Below, piece after piece: positions 1 through 9,354 of a stretch of DNA of 46,340 bases. This stretch comes from Betaproteobacteria bacterium RIFCSPLOWO2_02_64_14. Its GTDB lineage: Bacteria > Pseudomonadota > Gammaproteobacteria > Burkholderiales > SG8-41. The DNA lies in the NCBI GenBank assembly GCA_001770325.1, contig MEQT01000096.1, positions 1-46,340 on the forward strand. The letters are read 5' to 3'. Position numbers and translations under genes: made by a program. The first letter of the stretch is position 1, and every line of letters begins with the position of its first letter. The notes under the pieces are model-generated. The model was given only the letters and a program-made list of their open reading frames with translations, made no database searches and was not told the DNA's origin.

Positions 1-824
1 AGCCGGCCCTTGAGTCGCTCGAACGGGCTCGCCTCGGCCGAGCGCTCCGGCAGCCGCTCGTTGCGGATGCGGGGAGGGGCAGTGCGCGCCCGCGGGCGCG
101 CGATGATGCGCCCAAGCTGCTCGATCAGTCGGGTGAGGCGTGCCTCGTTACGACGCAACGTGCCGATTTCGTGCCGTTGCCGCTGGATGTCCTTCGAGAT
201 CCCGGCCAACACCCGTTCGCGCGAACGTTTCTCCGATTCCAGGCGCCTGCGTTGCACCGTCTGTTCGGCCGCAATTGCGGCGAGCTCTCGCGCCTGCTGC
301 CCGGCTTCCTGCGCGACCTGCCTGATGCCCGTCAGATTGCGGTCGATGTCACGTATGAGCGCCGCGCGCGCGCGCGATACATAGCCCAGATAATGCAGGT
401 TGCGCGCGATCCGGTTTGGATCTTCGCCGCTCAATATGAGCCGTAAAGGCTCGGGCTGCGCGCCGGTGTACTGCTGGAACAGCAACCGTGACAGGAGCGC
501 CTGCTGCCCCTGGAGCGTCGTCCGGCCCTTGCGCGCCCCGGCATTCAGTTCGGACAGCCGGCGGTTGACATCGCTGGATTGCTGGGCAAGCTCGCGCAGG
601 GCGCGGTTGGCGTCCGAGATGGCGCGCTCCGAGTCCTTCAGCGCGTCGGTCGCCTCGCCGTGCGATTCCTTCGCGCTGGCGAGCCGCTTCTGTAGCGCCT
701 CGATGCGCCCACGCAGGTCGCGCAGTTCCTGCCGTGCATCGGCGGCGGTCCTGGCGGCAGGGGCGGTGCCGGCCGTCACAGCCAGCACCGCCAGCAATGC
801 CGCCTGGATGTGCCGCCGGTTCAC
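1..824 (-). CDS. envC: Murein hydrolase activator EnvC family protein (5' part; runs off window start)
   Basis: Not in ORF track. Manual translation from GTG 824 (GTGA overlap with gpmI stop): MNRRHIQAALLAVLAVTAG...ELRDLRGRIEALQKRL...LRLILSGEDPNRIARNLHYLGY...PFERLKGRL. Signal peptide plus long coiled coil; gpmI-envC synteny. Confidence 0.88.
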   Translation of the reverse strand, partial: MNRRHIQAALLAVLAVTAGTAPAARTAADARQELRDLRGRIEALQKRLASAKESHGEATDALKDSERAISDANRALRELAQQSSDVNRRLSELNAGARKGRTTLQGQQALLSRLLFQQYTGAQPEPLRLILSGEDPNRIARNLHYLGYVSRARAALIRDIDRNLTGIRQVAQEAGQQARELAAIAAEQTVQRRRLESEKRSRERVLAGISKDIQRQRHEIGTLRRNEARLTRLIEQLGRIIARPRARTAPPRIRNERLPERSAEASPFERLKGR

Positions 825-2359
825 ACGAATCTGAGGAGGATGCGACCGGTCATGTCGGCGGGCTGGGGCAGCCCCATCATGGCGAGCAAGGTCGGCGCCA
901 CGTCCTGCAGCGCACCCCGTCGTTCAATTTGGGCCTTGCGCCCGACATACAGCAGGGGCACGAGATTCAGTGTATGCGCGGTATGCGCCTGGCCGGTCCT
1001 GGCGTCGAGCATGGTTTCAGCGTTGCCGTGGTCGGCGGTGATCACTACTTCGCCGCCCGTCTCGCGCATGGCGGGCACCACCCGGCCGATGCATTCGTCG
1101 AGCACTTCGATCGCGTGCGTGGTGGCCGCAAGATTGCCCGTATGCCCCACCATGTCGCCGTTGGCATAGTTGCAGATGATCGCCTCGTAGCGCCGGCTCC
1201 TGATGGCGTCAACCAGCTTGTCGGTCACTTCGTAGGCGCTCATCTCCGGTTTCAGGTCGTAGGTCGCCACCTTAGGCGAAGGCACCAGGATGCGCTCCTC
1301 GCCGGGGTAGGGCGTCTCGACGCCGCCGTTGAAGAAATACGTGACGTGGGCGTACTTCTCGGTCTCGGCGATGCGCAACTGTCGCAGGCCAAGCTCGGAT
1401 AGGTACTCGCCAAAACCGTTCCGCACGTTTTGCGGGGGGAAAGCTGCCGGGATGCGGGCAAAATCGTCGCCGTATCGGGTGAGCGTGCAGTAATAGCCGA
1501 GCCGTGGGGTGCTGCTCGGCACGAAATGCGTGAACCCTTCCGCCGTCAGGGCAAGCGTAAGCTGCCGGGCGCGGTCGGCACGGAAGTTCATGAATACCGC
1601 GGTGTCGCCATCGTTCATCTCGACGGGCTCGCTGCCGGCGGGCACGATCGCGGTGGCCTTGACGAACTCATCAGATTCGCCACGGGCGTATGCGGCGCGC
1701 AAGCCTGTTACCGCGTCGACGGCGCGGAAATCCGACTTGCCCTGCGTGACAAGGTCGTAGGCCAGCCGAATGCGGTCCCAGCGCTGATCGCGATCCATGG
1801 CGTAATAGCGGCCGCAGATCGAGGCGATGCGCGCCGTTTTGAGTGCTGCGCACTTGGCCGTGAGCGCGGCAAGAGACGCTTCGGCGCTGCGCGGCGGAGT
1901 GTCGCGCCCATCGAGGAAGGCATGCACGCAGGTTCTTGCGCCGGCCTCGGCTGCGACATCCAGCAGAGCGTGTATCTGCGACTCGTGGCTGTGCACGCCG
2001 CCCGGGGACAGGAGTCCCAGGATATGCAGCGTCCGCCCGCCGGCGCGCGCGATTTCCACGGCTTGACCCAGTACCGGGTTACGACGGAACTCGCCCGTCT
2101 CCATCGCGTGCTCGATCCTCGTGTAGTCCTGATAGACCACGCGGCCGGCGCCGATATTCATGTGTCCGACTTCGGAGTTGCCCATTTGTTCGCGCGGCAG
2201 CCCGACCCATTTCTCGGAAGCATCGATGGTGGTGTGCGGGCAGGTGTTGCAGAGTAAGTTCCAGTGCGGCTTGCGTGCCTGGCAAATGGCGTTGAATTCG
2301 CAGTCCTCGCGGTGCCCGAAACCATCGAGTATGATCAGGAGAACGGGTGTTACTTTCAT
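821..2359 (-). CDS. gpmI: 2,3-bisphosphoglycerate-independent phosphoglycerate mutase
   Basis: Motifs ILDGFG, MGNSEVGH, LDGRDTPP, AETEKYAHVTYFFNGG, DMVGHTG, TADHGNAE. Confidence 0.98.
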   Translation of the reverse strand: MKVTPVLLIILDGFGHREDCEFNAICQARKPHWNLLCNTCPHTTIDASEKWVGLPREQMGNSEVGHMNIGAGRVVYQDYTRIEHAMETGEFRRNPVLGQAVEIARAGGRTLHILGLLSPGGVHSHESQIHALLDVAAEAGARTCVHAFLDGRDTPPRSAEASLAALTAKCAALKTARIASICGRYYAMDRDQRWDRIRLAYDLVTQGKSDFRAVDAVTGLRAAYARGESDEFVKATAIVPAGSEPVEMNDGDTAVFMNFRADRARQLTLALTAEGFTHFVPSSTPRLGYYCTLTRYGDDFARIPAAFPPQNVRNGFGEYLSELGLRQLRIAETEKYAHVTYFFNGGVETPYPGEERILVPSPKVATYDLKPEMSAYEVTDKLVDAIRSRRYEAIICNYANGDMVGHTGNLAATTHAIEVLDECIGRVVPAMRETGGEVVITADHGNAETMLDARTGQAHTAHTLNLVPLLYVGRKAQIERRGALQDVAPTLLAMMGLPQPADMTGRILLRFV

Positions 2360-2375
2360 GATTTTCCAGAGTTAT

Positions 2376-2422
2376 TTGTCTTGGCCCGGGCGTGCTATGT
2401 ATAATTCAGTATATTCTAATAT
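2376..2422 (+). promoter_or_regulatory. Putative sigma70 promoter (TTGTCT-N18-TATAAT) followed by an AT-rich palindrome, a possible ArsR operator
   Basis: TATAAT at 2400-2405, TTGTCT at 2376-2381, ATATTCTAATAT just downstream, in the gpmI/ArsR divergent gap. Confidence 0.45.
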
Positions 2423-2447
2423 CGCTGCTACCGCCTGGAGTCAATCC

Positions 2448-2777
2448 ATGAGTGATGTCATGGCGCTGCGCGCCACCTTGCTGGAACGCGAAGATCATAT
2501 CGAGCAGGCGGCGCGCGCCCTGAAAGCGATGGCGCATCCGTTGCGCCTGAAAATCCTGTGCATACTGGGCAACCAGGAGGTAAGCGTGCAGGAGATCGTG
2601 GACTGCGTCGGAACCTCACAGAGCAACATCTCGCAGCATCTGGCAATTCTGCGCGAAAAAGGCGTGTTGCGCACGCGCAAGGAAGCCAATCGTGTTTATT
2701 ACCGCGTCGGTGATGAGCGGACGCTGACCTTGATCGGAATGATGCGTGAAGTGTTTTGCGGCATTGCTGACGCATAA
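2448..2777 (+). CDS. ArsR/SmtB family regulator, BigR/SqrR-like
   Basis: LKAMAHPLRLKILC...SQSNISQHLAILREKG...RVYYR...VFC; GGAG RBS before ATG 2448. Confidence 0.9.
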   Translation: MSDVMALRATLLEREDHIEQAARALKAMAHPLRLKILCILGNQEVSVQEIVDCVGTSQSNISQHLAILREKGVLRTRKEANRVYYRVGDERTLTLIGMMREVFCGIADA

Positions 2778-2897
2778 CTGCGTGCGGCGCAGCACTCGCC
2801 GCGCGGTCGTACGGCGCGCTGCTCTGTTAGAATCCATCGTTTCCAGTTGCTTCGCGGCGGCGGCATCGCAGGGCCACGACAGATCCAGGAGTACGGG

Positions 2898-3329
2898 TTG
2901 GCGCAGTTCATCGCATTCTTGCAGAAGAATCCCTATCACCTCATGCTGTTTGGCGCCGCGGTGGTGACCGGCATGATGTTGATCTGGCCGCTTTTCGGCC
3001 GCGCGCTGCGCACCGGCAAGGACGTGAGCGCGCTCGAGGCGGTGCAGCTCATCAACCGGCGCGACGCGGTCGTTATCGACGTGCGCGGGGCGGCGGAGTA
3101 CGCCGCCGGGCATATCACGAATGCCCGCAATGTTCCCGAAGAGCAACTCAATGACCGGATCAAGGAACTCGAACGCTTCAAGTCCCGGCCGATCGTGGTG
3201 AGTTGCGGCACCGGCAGCCGCTCGGTACGGGCCGGGGTGCTCCTGCAGAAGCAGGGCTTTGGCGAGGTCTTTACGTTGCGTGGCGGCATCGCGGCGTGGC
3301 AGCAGGCCAGCATGCCGCTTGAGAAATGA
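2898..3329 (+). CDS. Rhodanese-like membrane-anchored sulfurtransferase (YibN-like)
   Basis: N-terminal TM segment, VIDVR, GHI, active loop CGTGSRS, LRGGIAAW; AGGAG RBS before TTG 2898. Confidence 0.92.
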   Translation: MAQFIAFLQKNPYHLMLFGAAVVTGMMLIWPLFGRALRTGKDVSALEAVQLINRRDAVVIDVRGAAEYAAGHITNARNVPEEQLNDRIKELERFKSRPIVVSCGTGSRSVRAGVLLQKQGFGEVFTLRGGIAAWQQASMPLEK

Positions 3330-3592
3330 CGGCGCCGGTGAGGATGTACTGCACGGGGACGTGCCCGTATTGCCAAATGGCGGAGCGGCTGCTGCAGGCG
3401 AGAGGGGTGGCCGCAATCGAAAAGATCCGGGTGGATCTCGAGCCTGCCCGGCGTGTGGAAATGGTCGAGCTTACCGGCCAGCGCACGGTGCCCCAGATCT
3501 ATGTCGGAGCGATCCACGTCGGTGGTTACGACGAACTCGCCGCACTGGACGACGCGGGGGAGCTCGACGGATTGCTGCAAGGCGGCGGGTGA
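3326..3592 (+). CDS. grxC: Glutaredoxin 3
   Basis: CPYC, RTVPQI, GGYD. Confidence 0.96.
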   Translation: MTAPVRMYCTGTCPYCQMAERLLQARGVAAIEKIRVDLEPARRVEMVELTGQRTVPQIYVGAIHVGGYDELAALDDAGELDGLLQGGG

Positions 3593-3623
3593 GCTGCCAC
3601 GAGAAACGGATGCGGGAAAAAAC

Positions 3624-4088
3624 ATGAGCGAACAGAGCGCGCCGGTTTTCGGCATCGAAAAGCTTTACTTGAAGGACATGTCGCTCGAGGTGCCGGGGGC
3701 GCCGCAGGTTTTCCTGGAGCGCGAGGCGCCGCAGATCGACGTGCGCATTCATGACGAAGCACGTGCACTCGAACAAGAAGGCTTGTTCGAAGTGGTGTTG
3801 ACGGTAACCGTGACCGCCAAGGTGGGCGAGCGCACAATGTTCCTGGTGGAGGCCGCGCAGGCGGGCGTATTCCAGATCCGCAACGTGCCGCAGCACGAGC
3901 TGGGTCCGGTGCTCGGCATCCTGTGCCCGAATACGCTGTTGCCCTATGCCCGCGAAGTCGTCGCGGGCGCGGTGATGCGCGCGGGCTTTCCACCGGTGGT
4001 GCTGAGTCACATGAGTTTCGAGGCGGTGTATCAGCAGCGCATGGAGCAGCTCCAGCAGGCACAGGCGGCGCCGGCGCCGACCCATTAG
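3624..4088 (+). CDS. secB: Protein-export chaperone SecB
   Basis: IEKLYLKDMSLEVPGAP, FLVEAAQAGVF, CPNTLLPYARE, GFPP. Confidence 0.97.
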   Translation: MSEQSAPVFGIEKLYLKDMSLEVPGAPQVFLEREAPQIDVRIHDEARALEQEGLFEVVLTVTVTAKVGERTMFLVEAAQAGVFQIRNVPQHELGPVLGILCPNTLLPYAREVVAGAVMRAGFPPVVLSHMSFEAVYQQRMEQLQQAQAAPAPTH

Positions 4089-4096
4089 TCGCGGCG

Positions 4097-4546
4097 ATGT
4101 CTCGCACGCAATTTGCAGTGACGGGGGCTGTTCTTGCCGTTGCAGCGATCGCTCCGGCGTTCGCGCTCGATTTCCGCTCGGTCGCCGAGCCTGTCGCGAT
4201 CCTTTACGACGCGCCGTCGGTCAAGGGGAAGAAGCTCTACGTGGTCGGCCGCGGTTACCCGGTCGAGGTCGTGGTGGTGGTCGAGGGATGGGTCAAGGTG
4301 CGCGACGCCGGCGGCGAACTGACCTGGATCGAGAGCAAACTGCTCACCGACAGGCGCACCGTCATGGTCAACGTCGCCCTCGCACAGGTCCACGAAAGTG
4401 CCGACGACAAATCCCAGGTCGTGTTCCAGGCACAGCAAAACGTGATTCTGGATTTCGTCGAGGCTGCAGCCGGCGGCTGGTTGCGCGTACGCCACCGCGA
4501 TGGCCAGTCCGGTTTTGTCAAGGCCGCGCAGGTGTGGGGCGCGTGA
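4097..4546 (+). CDS. Exported tandem bacterial SH3-domain protein
   Basis: Signal peptide (APAFA), ILYDAPS, GWVKVRD, GWLRVRHRDGQSGFV; usual secB-SH3-gpsA position. Confidence 0.88.
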   Translation: MSRTQFAVTGAVLAVAAIAPAFALDFRSVAEPVAILYDAPSVKGKKLYVVGRGYPVEVVVVVEGWVKVRDAGGELTWIESKLLTDRRTVMVNVALAQVHESADDKSQVVFQAQQNVILDFVEAAAGGWLRVRHRDGQSGFVKAAQVWGA

Positions 4547-4551
4547 TATGC

Positions 4552-4646
<95 letters not shown>

Positions 4647-5636
4647 ATGAGAATCGCAGTACTTGGCGCCGGCGCCTGGGGTACCGCGATCAGCATTGGT
4701 CTCGCCGCGCGCCATGACATCACCTTGTGGGCGCGCGACGCCGCGCAGTGCGCGGCGATGCGCGATTCGCGTACCAATCCGCGCTATCTGCCCGGTTTTT
4801 CCCTGCCGGCGACTGTCAGGTTGGAATCCGAAATTGCGACCGCCGTTAGCGACTGCGATGTAGTGCTGCTCGCGACGACAACGGGCGGGCTTCGACACAC
4901 TCTGCAGAGTTTGCGCAGAGCGTCTTGCGCTGCGCCGGCGGTATGGCTGTGCAAGGGGTTCGAACGGGACTCCGCGAAGCTTCCCCACGAAGTTTGCGCG
5001 GAAGAACTCGATCACGCCGTCCCGTGCGGCGTGCTTTCGGGACCCAGTTTTGCGGTGGAGGTGGCGCGGGGGTTGCCCACAGCGCTGACCCTGGCAACGT
5101 CAGATTCCGGCCTGGCGCAGCGGGTCGTTGATGAGCTGCATGGCCCCCGGTTGCGCGTGTATTCCAGCGACGACGTGGTGGGAGTCGAAGTCGCAGGCGC
5201 GGTGAAGAACGTGATGGCGATTGCAACCGGCATCTGCGACGGGCTCGCGCTCGGGTTCAATGCGCGCGCCGCATTGATGACCCGCGGCCTGGCAGAGATG
5301 ACGCGTCTGGGCGTACGTATGGGCGGACGGATCGAGACCTTCATGGGGCTGGCGGGTATCGGCGACCTGATCCTCACCTGCACCGGCGACCTGTCGCGCA
5401 ACCGTCGCGTCGGACTGGCGCTCTCCCGCGGAGTGCGGCTGGATGCCGTTCTGTCGGAACTCGGACACGTCGCGGAAGGCGTGTATACGGCGCGGGAAGT
5501 CACCCGCATCGCGCGCGAATTCGCGGTCGATATGCCGATTACCCAAGCGGTTTACGGCGTGCTCTTTGACGGCGTGCCGCCGGCGATAGCCGTGAACGCA
5601 CTGCTGGAGCGCGAGCCCAAGCCCGAGACTAGCTGA
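4647..5636 (+). CDS. gpsA: NAD(P)H-dependent glycerol-3-phosphate dehydrogenase
   Basis: GAGAWGTA, LSGPSFA, GAVKNVMAIA, GDLILTCTGDLSRN, VAEGV. Confidence 0.98.
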   Translation: MRIAVLGAGAWGTAISIGLAARHDITLWARDAAQCAAMRDSRTNPRYLPGFSLPATVRLESEIATAVSDCDVVLLATTTGGLRHTLQSLRRASCAAPAVWLCKGFERDSAKLPHEVCAEELDHAVPCGVLSGPSFAVEVARGLPTALTLATSDSGLAQRVVDELHGPRLRVYSSDDVVGVEVAGAVKNVMAIATGICDGLALGFNARAALMTRGLAEMTRLGVRMGGRIETFMGLAGIGDLILTCTGDLSRNRRVGLALSRGVRLDAVLSELGHVAEGVYTAREVTRIAREFAVDMPITQAVYGVLFDGVPPAIAVNALLEREPKPETS

Positions 5637-5841
5637 CCCGCCTGCCCCGCTTGGCCCCTGCGCCACAGCAGCGCAAAGTCGTTGGGTTTGAACCGGTTCA
5701 CCCCACGCCAGTGGCCTTCAAGCGTCGGTGGTTGGCGCCCGCGGCGAATTCTCATTCGCCAGGCCGCCCTGACGCGCACCCCTATCACGCGCGACAGCAC
5801 AGGCTTGGACGCACGGCGCGAAATCCCCAAACCACATAAGA

Positions 5842-6309
5842 TCAAACTCTTCTAAGAGAAAAATCGTGCTGCCGCCACGCTTCGTACAACACCACTGCGA
5901 CAGCGTTTGAAAGATTCAAACTGCGGCTGTCAGAACGCATGGGAATGCAGATCTGGAATTCCAGCTCAAAGTGAGCCATCACTTCTGCAGGCAGGCCACG
6001 GGTTTCAGGGCCGAAAACCAAGACATCCCTTGCATGAAAGTCGATGGAATCATAGCGTCGCTTGGCTTTGGTGCTGACGGCAAACATGCGGCGACCGCCG
6101 AAGAACCTGCAGCAGGCACGCCAGTCAGCGTGGAGGGTGACTCCACCCAGCGCCTGGTAATCCAGCCTGGCGCGCTGCAACTGCTTGTCGCGTAGCGAGA
6201 AGCCGAGAGGTCTTACCAAATGCAGTCCGGCACCGGTGTTGGCCGCGAGTCGAATGATGTTTCCGGTATTGGGCGGGATCTCGGGTTCATAGAGCACGAT
6301 GTCAAGCAT
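5842..6309 (-). CDS. trmL: tRNA (cytidine/uridine-34-2'-O)-methyltransferase
   Basis: PEIPPNTGNIIRL, FGPETRGLP, RSLNLSNAVAV. Confidence 0.95.
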   Translation of the reverse strand: MLDIVLYEPEIPPNTGNIIRLAANTGAGLHLVRPLGFSLRDKQLQRARLDYQALGGVTLHADWRACCRFFGGRRMFAVSTKAKRRYDSIDFHARDVLVFGPETRGLPAEVMAHFELEFQICIPMRSDSRSLNLSNAVAVVLYEAWRQHDFSLRRV

Positions 6310-6315
6310 CGGGGA

Positions 6316-7083
6316 TCACGCCTTGCTGGAAACACGCAGGTTTGCCGGGCCGGCGCCGCCAGGCCTGATCGCGTGCTTGAGCGTGCGCGCAGCGCTCCAG
6401 CAGGTGACAGTCGAGGCACCGGCGCGTTTGAGCACCCGGCTCACCTCGTTTAACGTCGCGCCGGTGGTGACGACGTCGTCGAGCACCGCGACACGCGCGC
6501 CACGCAGGTCGACATCGCACACGAAGGCACCGCGCACGCTTTGCGCACGTGCTTTCCACGGCAGCATCGCTTGCGGCACCGTATTCCGGACACGCCGGCA
6601 CAGGCGGGTTTCAGTCTTGACCCCCGTTGCACGGCTCACGTGACGGGAGATTTCATGTGCCTGATTGAAACCGCGTTCACGTAAGCGCGTGTCCGACAGC
6701 GGCATGGGGACGAGCAAGTCCACCCCCTCGTCGATCAAAGGTACCAGAGCGCTCGCCAGGAACCGGGCCACGACAAGCCTCCCCCCGTATTTCAGCGCGC
6801 GGATCAATGCATCGACGGGAAAAACGTAGGCGTAGGGGGCAATCAAGCGGTCGAATCTTGGTGGCGTGGTGAGACACGCCCCGCATATCGTTCCGTCCGG
6901 GGTGGGAATGGGTGTCGCACATTGACGGCACAGCGAACCCACCAGACGCGGAAGCCCGGATTCACAGGCTCCGCAGACTGTCCGCGTTCCGGATCGCGCG
7001 CCGCATAGCAGGCAGCGCTGCGAGATCCAGTCGTGCACAAAAAACGCGCAGCTGTTCAATTCATGTCCTTCAGAATTTGACAA
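6316..7083 (-). CDS. comF: ComF family phosphoribosyltransferase with double zinc ribbon (start uncertain)
   Basis: Four CxxC motifs, RGFNQA, LDDVVTTGATL. Confidence 0.92.
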   Translation of the reverse strand: MSNSEGHELNSCAFFVHDWISQRCLLCGARSGTRTVCGACESGLPRLVGSLCRQCATPIPTPDGTICGACLTTPPRFDRLIAPYAYVFPVDALIRALKYGGRLVVARFLASALVPLIDEGVDLLVPMPLSDTRLRERGFNQAHEISRHVSRATGVKTETRLCRRVRNTVPQAMLPWKARAQSVRGAFVCDVDLRGARVAVLDDVVTTGATLNEVSRVLKRAGASTVTCWSAARTLKHAIRPGGAGPANLRVSSKA

Positions 7084-7152
7084 CGCCCGGCCGATAACCG
7101 ATGATCCAACCCGCTAATCACAATGAATTTTTCCGGAACCTGGGGCTTGGAT

Positions 7153-8151
7153 ATGGGGAATCATGCATCCACTAACGAACAGCATGCGCTCCCCGCTGAC
7201 CTTTCAGGAGCGCCCAACAATCGCTGGAGCGTGGACGCGGTAGAGTCGCTGTTCGCAACGCCATTCAACGATTTGATCTTTCGCGCTCAACAGGTGCACC
7301 GGGAGGTGTTCGATCCCAACGCGGTGCAGCTCTCCACGCTGCTGTCGATCAAGACCGGCGGTTGTCCGGAAGATTGTGGGTATTGCCCGCAGGCTGCACG
7401 GTATCACACGGGTGTCGATCGCGAGGAGACGCTGACTGTCGAGCAGGTTGTCACCGCCGCGGCTGCGGCGAAAGAACGCGGTGCAACGCGGTTCTGCATG
7501 GGAGCGGCCTGGCGCGGCCCCAGGCAACGCGAGCTCGAGCAAGTCATTGAGATGATCAGGGCGGTGCGCGGACTTGGCATGGAGACATGCGCCACGCTCG
7601 GCCTGCTGAAGGAAGGACAGGCCGAGCAGCTGAAGGACGCAGGACTCGATTACTACAACCACAACATCGATACCGCGCGCGAGTTCTACGGCGAGATCAT
7701 CACCACGCGCACGCAACAGGATCGAATCGATACCCTGTCGCGCGTCAGGGCTGCCGGCATCCACGTCTGTTGCGGCGGCATCGTGGGCATGGGCGAATCC
7801 CGACGCGCACGCGCCGCGCTGATCGCGCAGCTCGCGAACCTGGATCCCTATCCGGAGTCGGTGCCGATCAACAACTTGGTGCAGGTCGAAGGCACGCCGC
7901 TGCACGGGACGCCCAAGATTGACCTGTTCGAATTCGTGCGAACGGTCGCCTGCGCGCGTATCACCATGCCCAAGGCGAGGGTGCGGCTTTCGGCGGGGCG
8001 GCGGGAAATGCCGGAGGCGATCCAGGCGCTGTGCTTTCTGGCCGGCGCGAATTCAATCTTCTACGGCGACCGGCTGCTTACGACGGGGAATCCCGAAATG
8101 GAGAACGACCAGCTCTTGTTTGCAAAGCTGGGACTGCGCGCGGCGCCGTGA
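7153..8151 (+). CDS. bioB: Biotin synthase (start may be 7123)
   Basis: [15 protein letters not shown] radical-SAM motif, YNHNIDT, ESVPIN, AGANSIF. Confidence 0.98.
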   Translation: MGNHASTNEQHALPADLSGAPNNRWSVDAVESLFATPFNDLIFRAQQVHREVFDPNAVQLSTLLSIKTGGCPEDCGYCPQAARYHTGVDREETLTVEQVVTAAAAAKERGATRFCMGAAWRGPRQRELEQVIEMIRAVRGLGMETCATLGLLKEGQAEQLKDAGLDYYNHNIDTAREFYGEIITTRTQQDRIDTLSRVRAAGIHVCCGGIVGMGESRRARAALIAQLANLDPYPESVPINNLVQVEGTPLHGTPKIDLFEFVRTVACARITMPKARVRLSAGRREMPEAIQALCFLAGANSIFYGDRLLTTGNPEMENDQLLFAKLGLRAAP

Positions 8152-8163
8152 CCTCTTTCGGAA

Positions 8164-9354
8164 GTGGCGGTGGATAACTCAACGCTCAACGTTCAACGCC
8201 CAACGCCATTCGCATCGCTTGCCGCCGAACTTGCCGGGCTTGAAACGCGCGGTCTCCGTCGGTCGCGGCGTGTCCTGCAGGGCCCGCAGGGGGCTCGCGT
8301 CATGGTGGATGGACGGGAGTCGGTCGCGTTTTGCAGCAACGACTATCTCGGCCTGGCTGCTCATCCGGAGATCATTTCAGCGGCGCGCGCTGCGGCGGCC
8401 GACTACGGGATCGGCGCCGGCGCCTCGCACCTCATCCTCGGGCACAGCGAGCCTCACCACGTTCTCGAGCACGCGCTCGCGCGCCACGTGGCGCTGCCGC
8501 GCGCCCTGCTGTTTTCGACCGGGTACATGGCGAACATCGGCGCCGTGACGGCGCTCGTCGGGCGCGGGGATGCGGTTTTCGGCGACCGCCTCAACCACGC
8601 ATCGTTGAACGACGCCGCCATCCTGTCACGCGCCGAGTTTCGCCGTTACCCGCACCGCGACATGGTTGCGCTCGATCGCATGCTCGCGCGCTCGCGCGCC
8701 ACAAGAAAGCTCATCGTGACCGATGCGGTTTTCAGCATGGACGGCGACATCGCGCCGGTTCCCGAACTGGTCGCGCTCGCCGAGCGCCATGATGCCTGGC
8801 TGCTGCTCGATGATGCGCACGGATTCGGCGTACTGGGTCACGACGGGCGCGGCACGCTCTCGCACTTCGGCGTCAGTTCGCCGCGGATCGTCTACATGGG
8901 CACCCTGGGCAAGGCGGCTGGCGTGTTCGGCGCGTTCGTGGCCGGAGAGCGCGAAGTGGTCGAAACTTGCGTGCAGCGCGCCCGCACTTACGTCTACACG
9001 ACGGCAATGCCCCCCTTGCTTGCGAGAGCAGTTCTGCGGAGCCTTGAGCTGATGGTCGTGGAAGATTGGCGCCGTAAACACCTGTTACGCCTCGTCGCGA
9101 TCCTGCGCGCGGGGCTCGCACGCACCGGCTGGCGACTGCTTGAGTCGCAGACTGCGATCCAGCCCCTGGTGGTGGGTGATAACGCAGGCGCCGTGTCGCT
9201 ATCACGAAAACTTGCCGAGCGCGGCCTGCTCGTGCCGGCGATCCGGCCGCCGACGGTTCCCGTGGGCACGGCACGGCTGCGCGTTTCCCTTTCCGCCGCA
9301 CACAGCGAAGACGAGGTGCGCAGGTTGACGGGCGCCCTGACCGAATTACAGTGA
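8164..9354 (+). CDS. bioF: 8-amino-7-oxononanoate synthase
   Basis: FCSNDYLGL, HASL, VFSMDGD, DDAHGFG, GTLGKA, AIRPPTVP. Confidence 0.97.
   Translation: MAVDNSTLNVQRPTPFASLAAELAGLETRGLRRSRRVLQGPQGARVMVDGRESVAFCSNDYLGLAAHPEIISAARAAAADYGIGAGASHLILGHSEPHHVLEHALARHVALPRALLFSTGYMANIGAVTALVGRGDAVFGDRLNHASLNDAAILSRAEFRRYPHRDMVALDRMLARSRATRKLIVTDAVFSMDGDIAPVPELVALAERHDAWLLLDDAHGFGVLGHDGRGTLSHFGVSSPRIVYMGTLGKAAGVFGAFVAGEREVVETCVQRARTYVYTTAMPPLLARAVLRSLELMVVEDWRRKHLLRLVAILRAGLARTGWRLLESQTAIQPLVVGDNAGAVSLSRKLAERGLLVPAIRPPTVPVGTARLRVSLSAAHSEDEVRRLTGALTELQ
8178..8205 (+). repeat. Heptamer tandem array inside the bioF 5' end
   Basis: CTCAACG CTCAACG TTCAACG CCCAACG. Confidence 0.8.

Noticed and set aside
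5680-5710. TTGAACCGGTTCA resembling the 6S RNA 3' hairpin; GCGCAAAG resembling a c-di-GMP-I riboswitch
   Set aside because: No long closing stem or zapA/ygfA context for 6S, and no GAAA P2 element for the riboswitch. Kept only as an unassigned structured spacer.
6160-6175. TrmL RARLDY instead of the usual RAGLDY
   Set aside because: Single substitution with all other motifs intact; not enough to claim altered function.
7084-7152. BirA operator upstream of bioB
   Set aside because: No TGTAAACC-N-GGTTTACA-like palindrome is visible.
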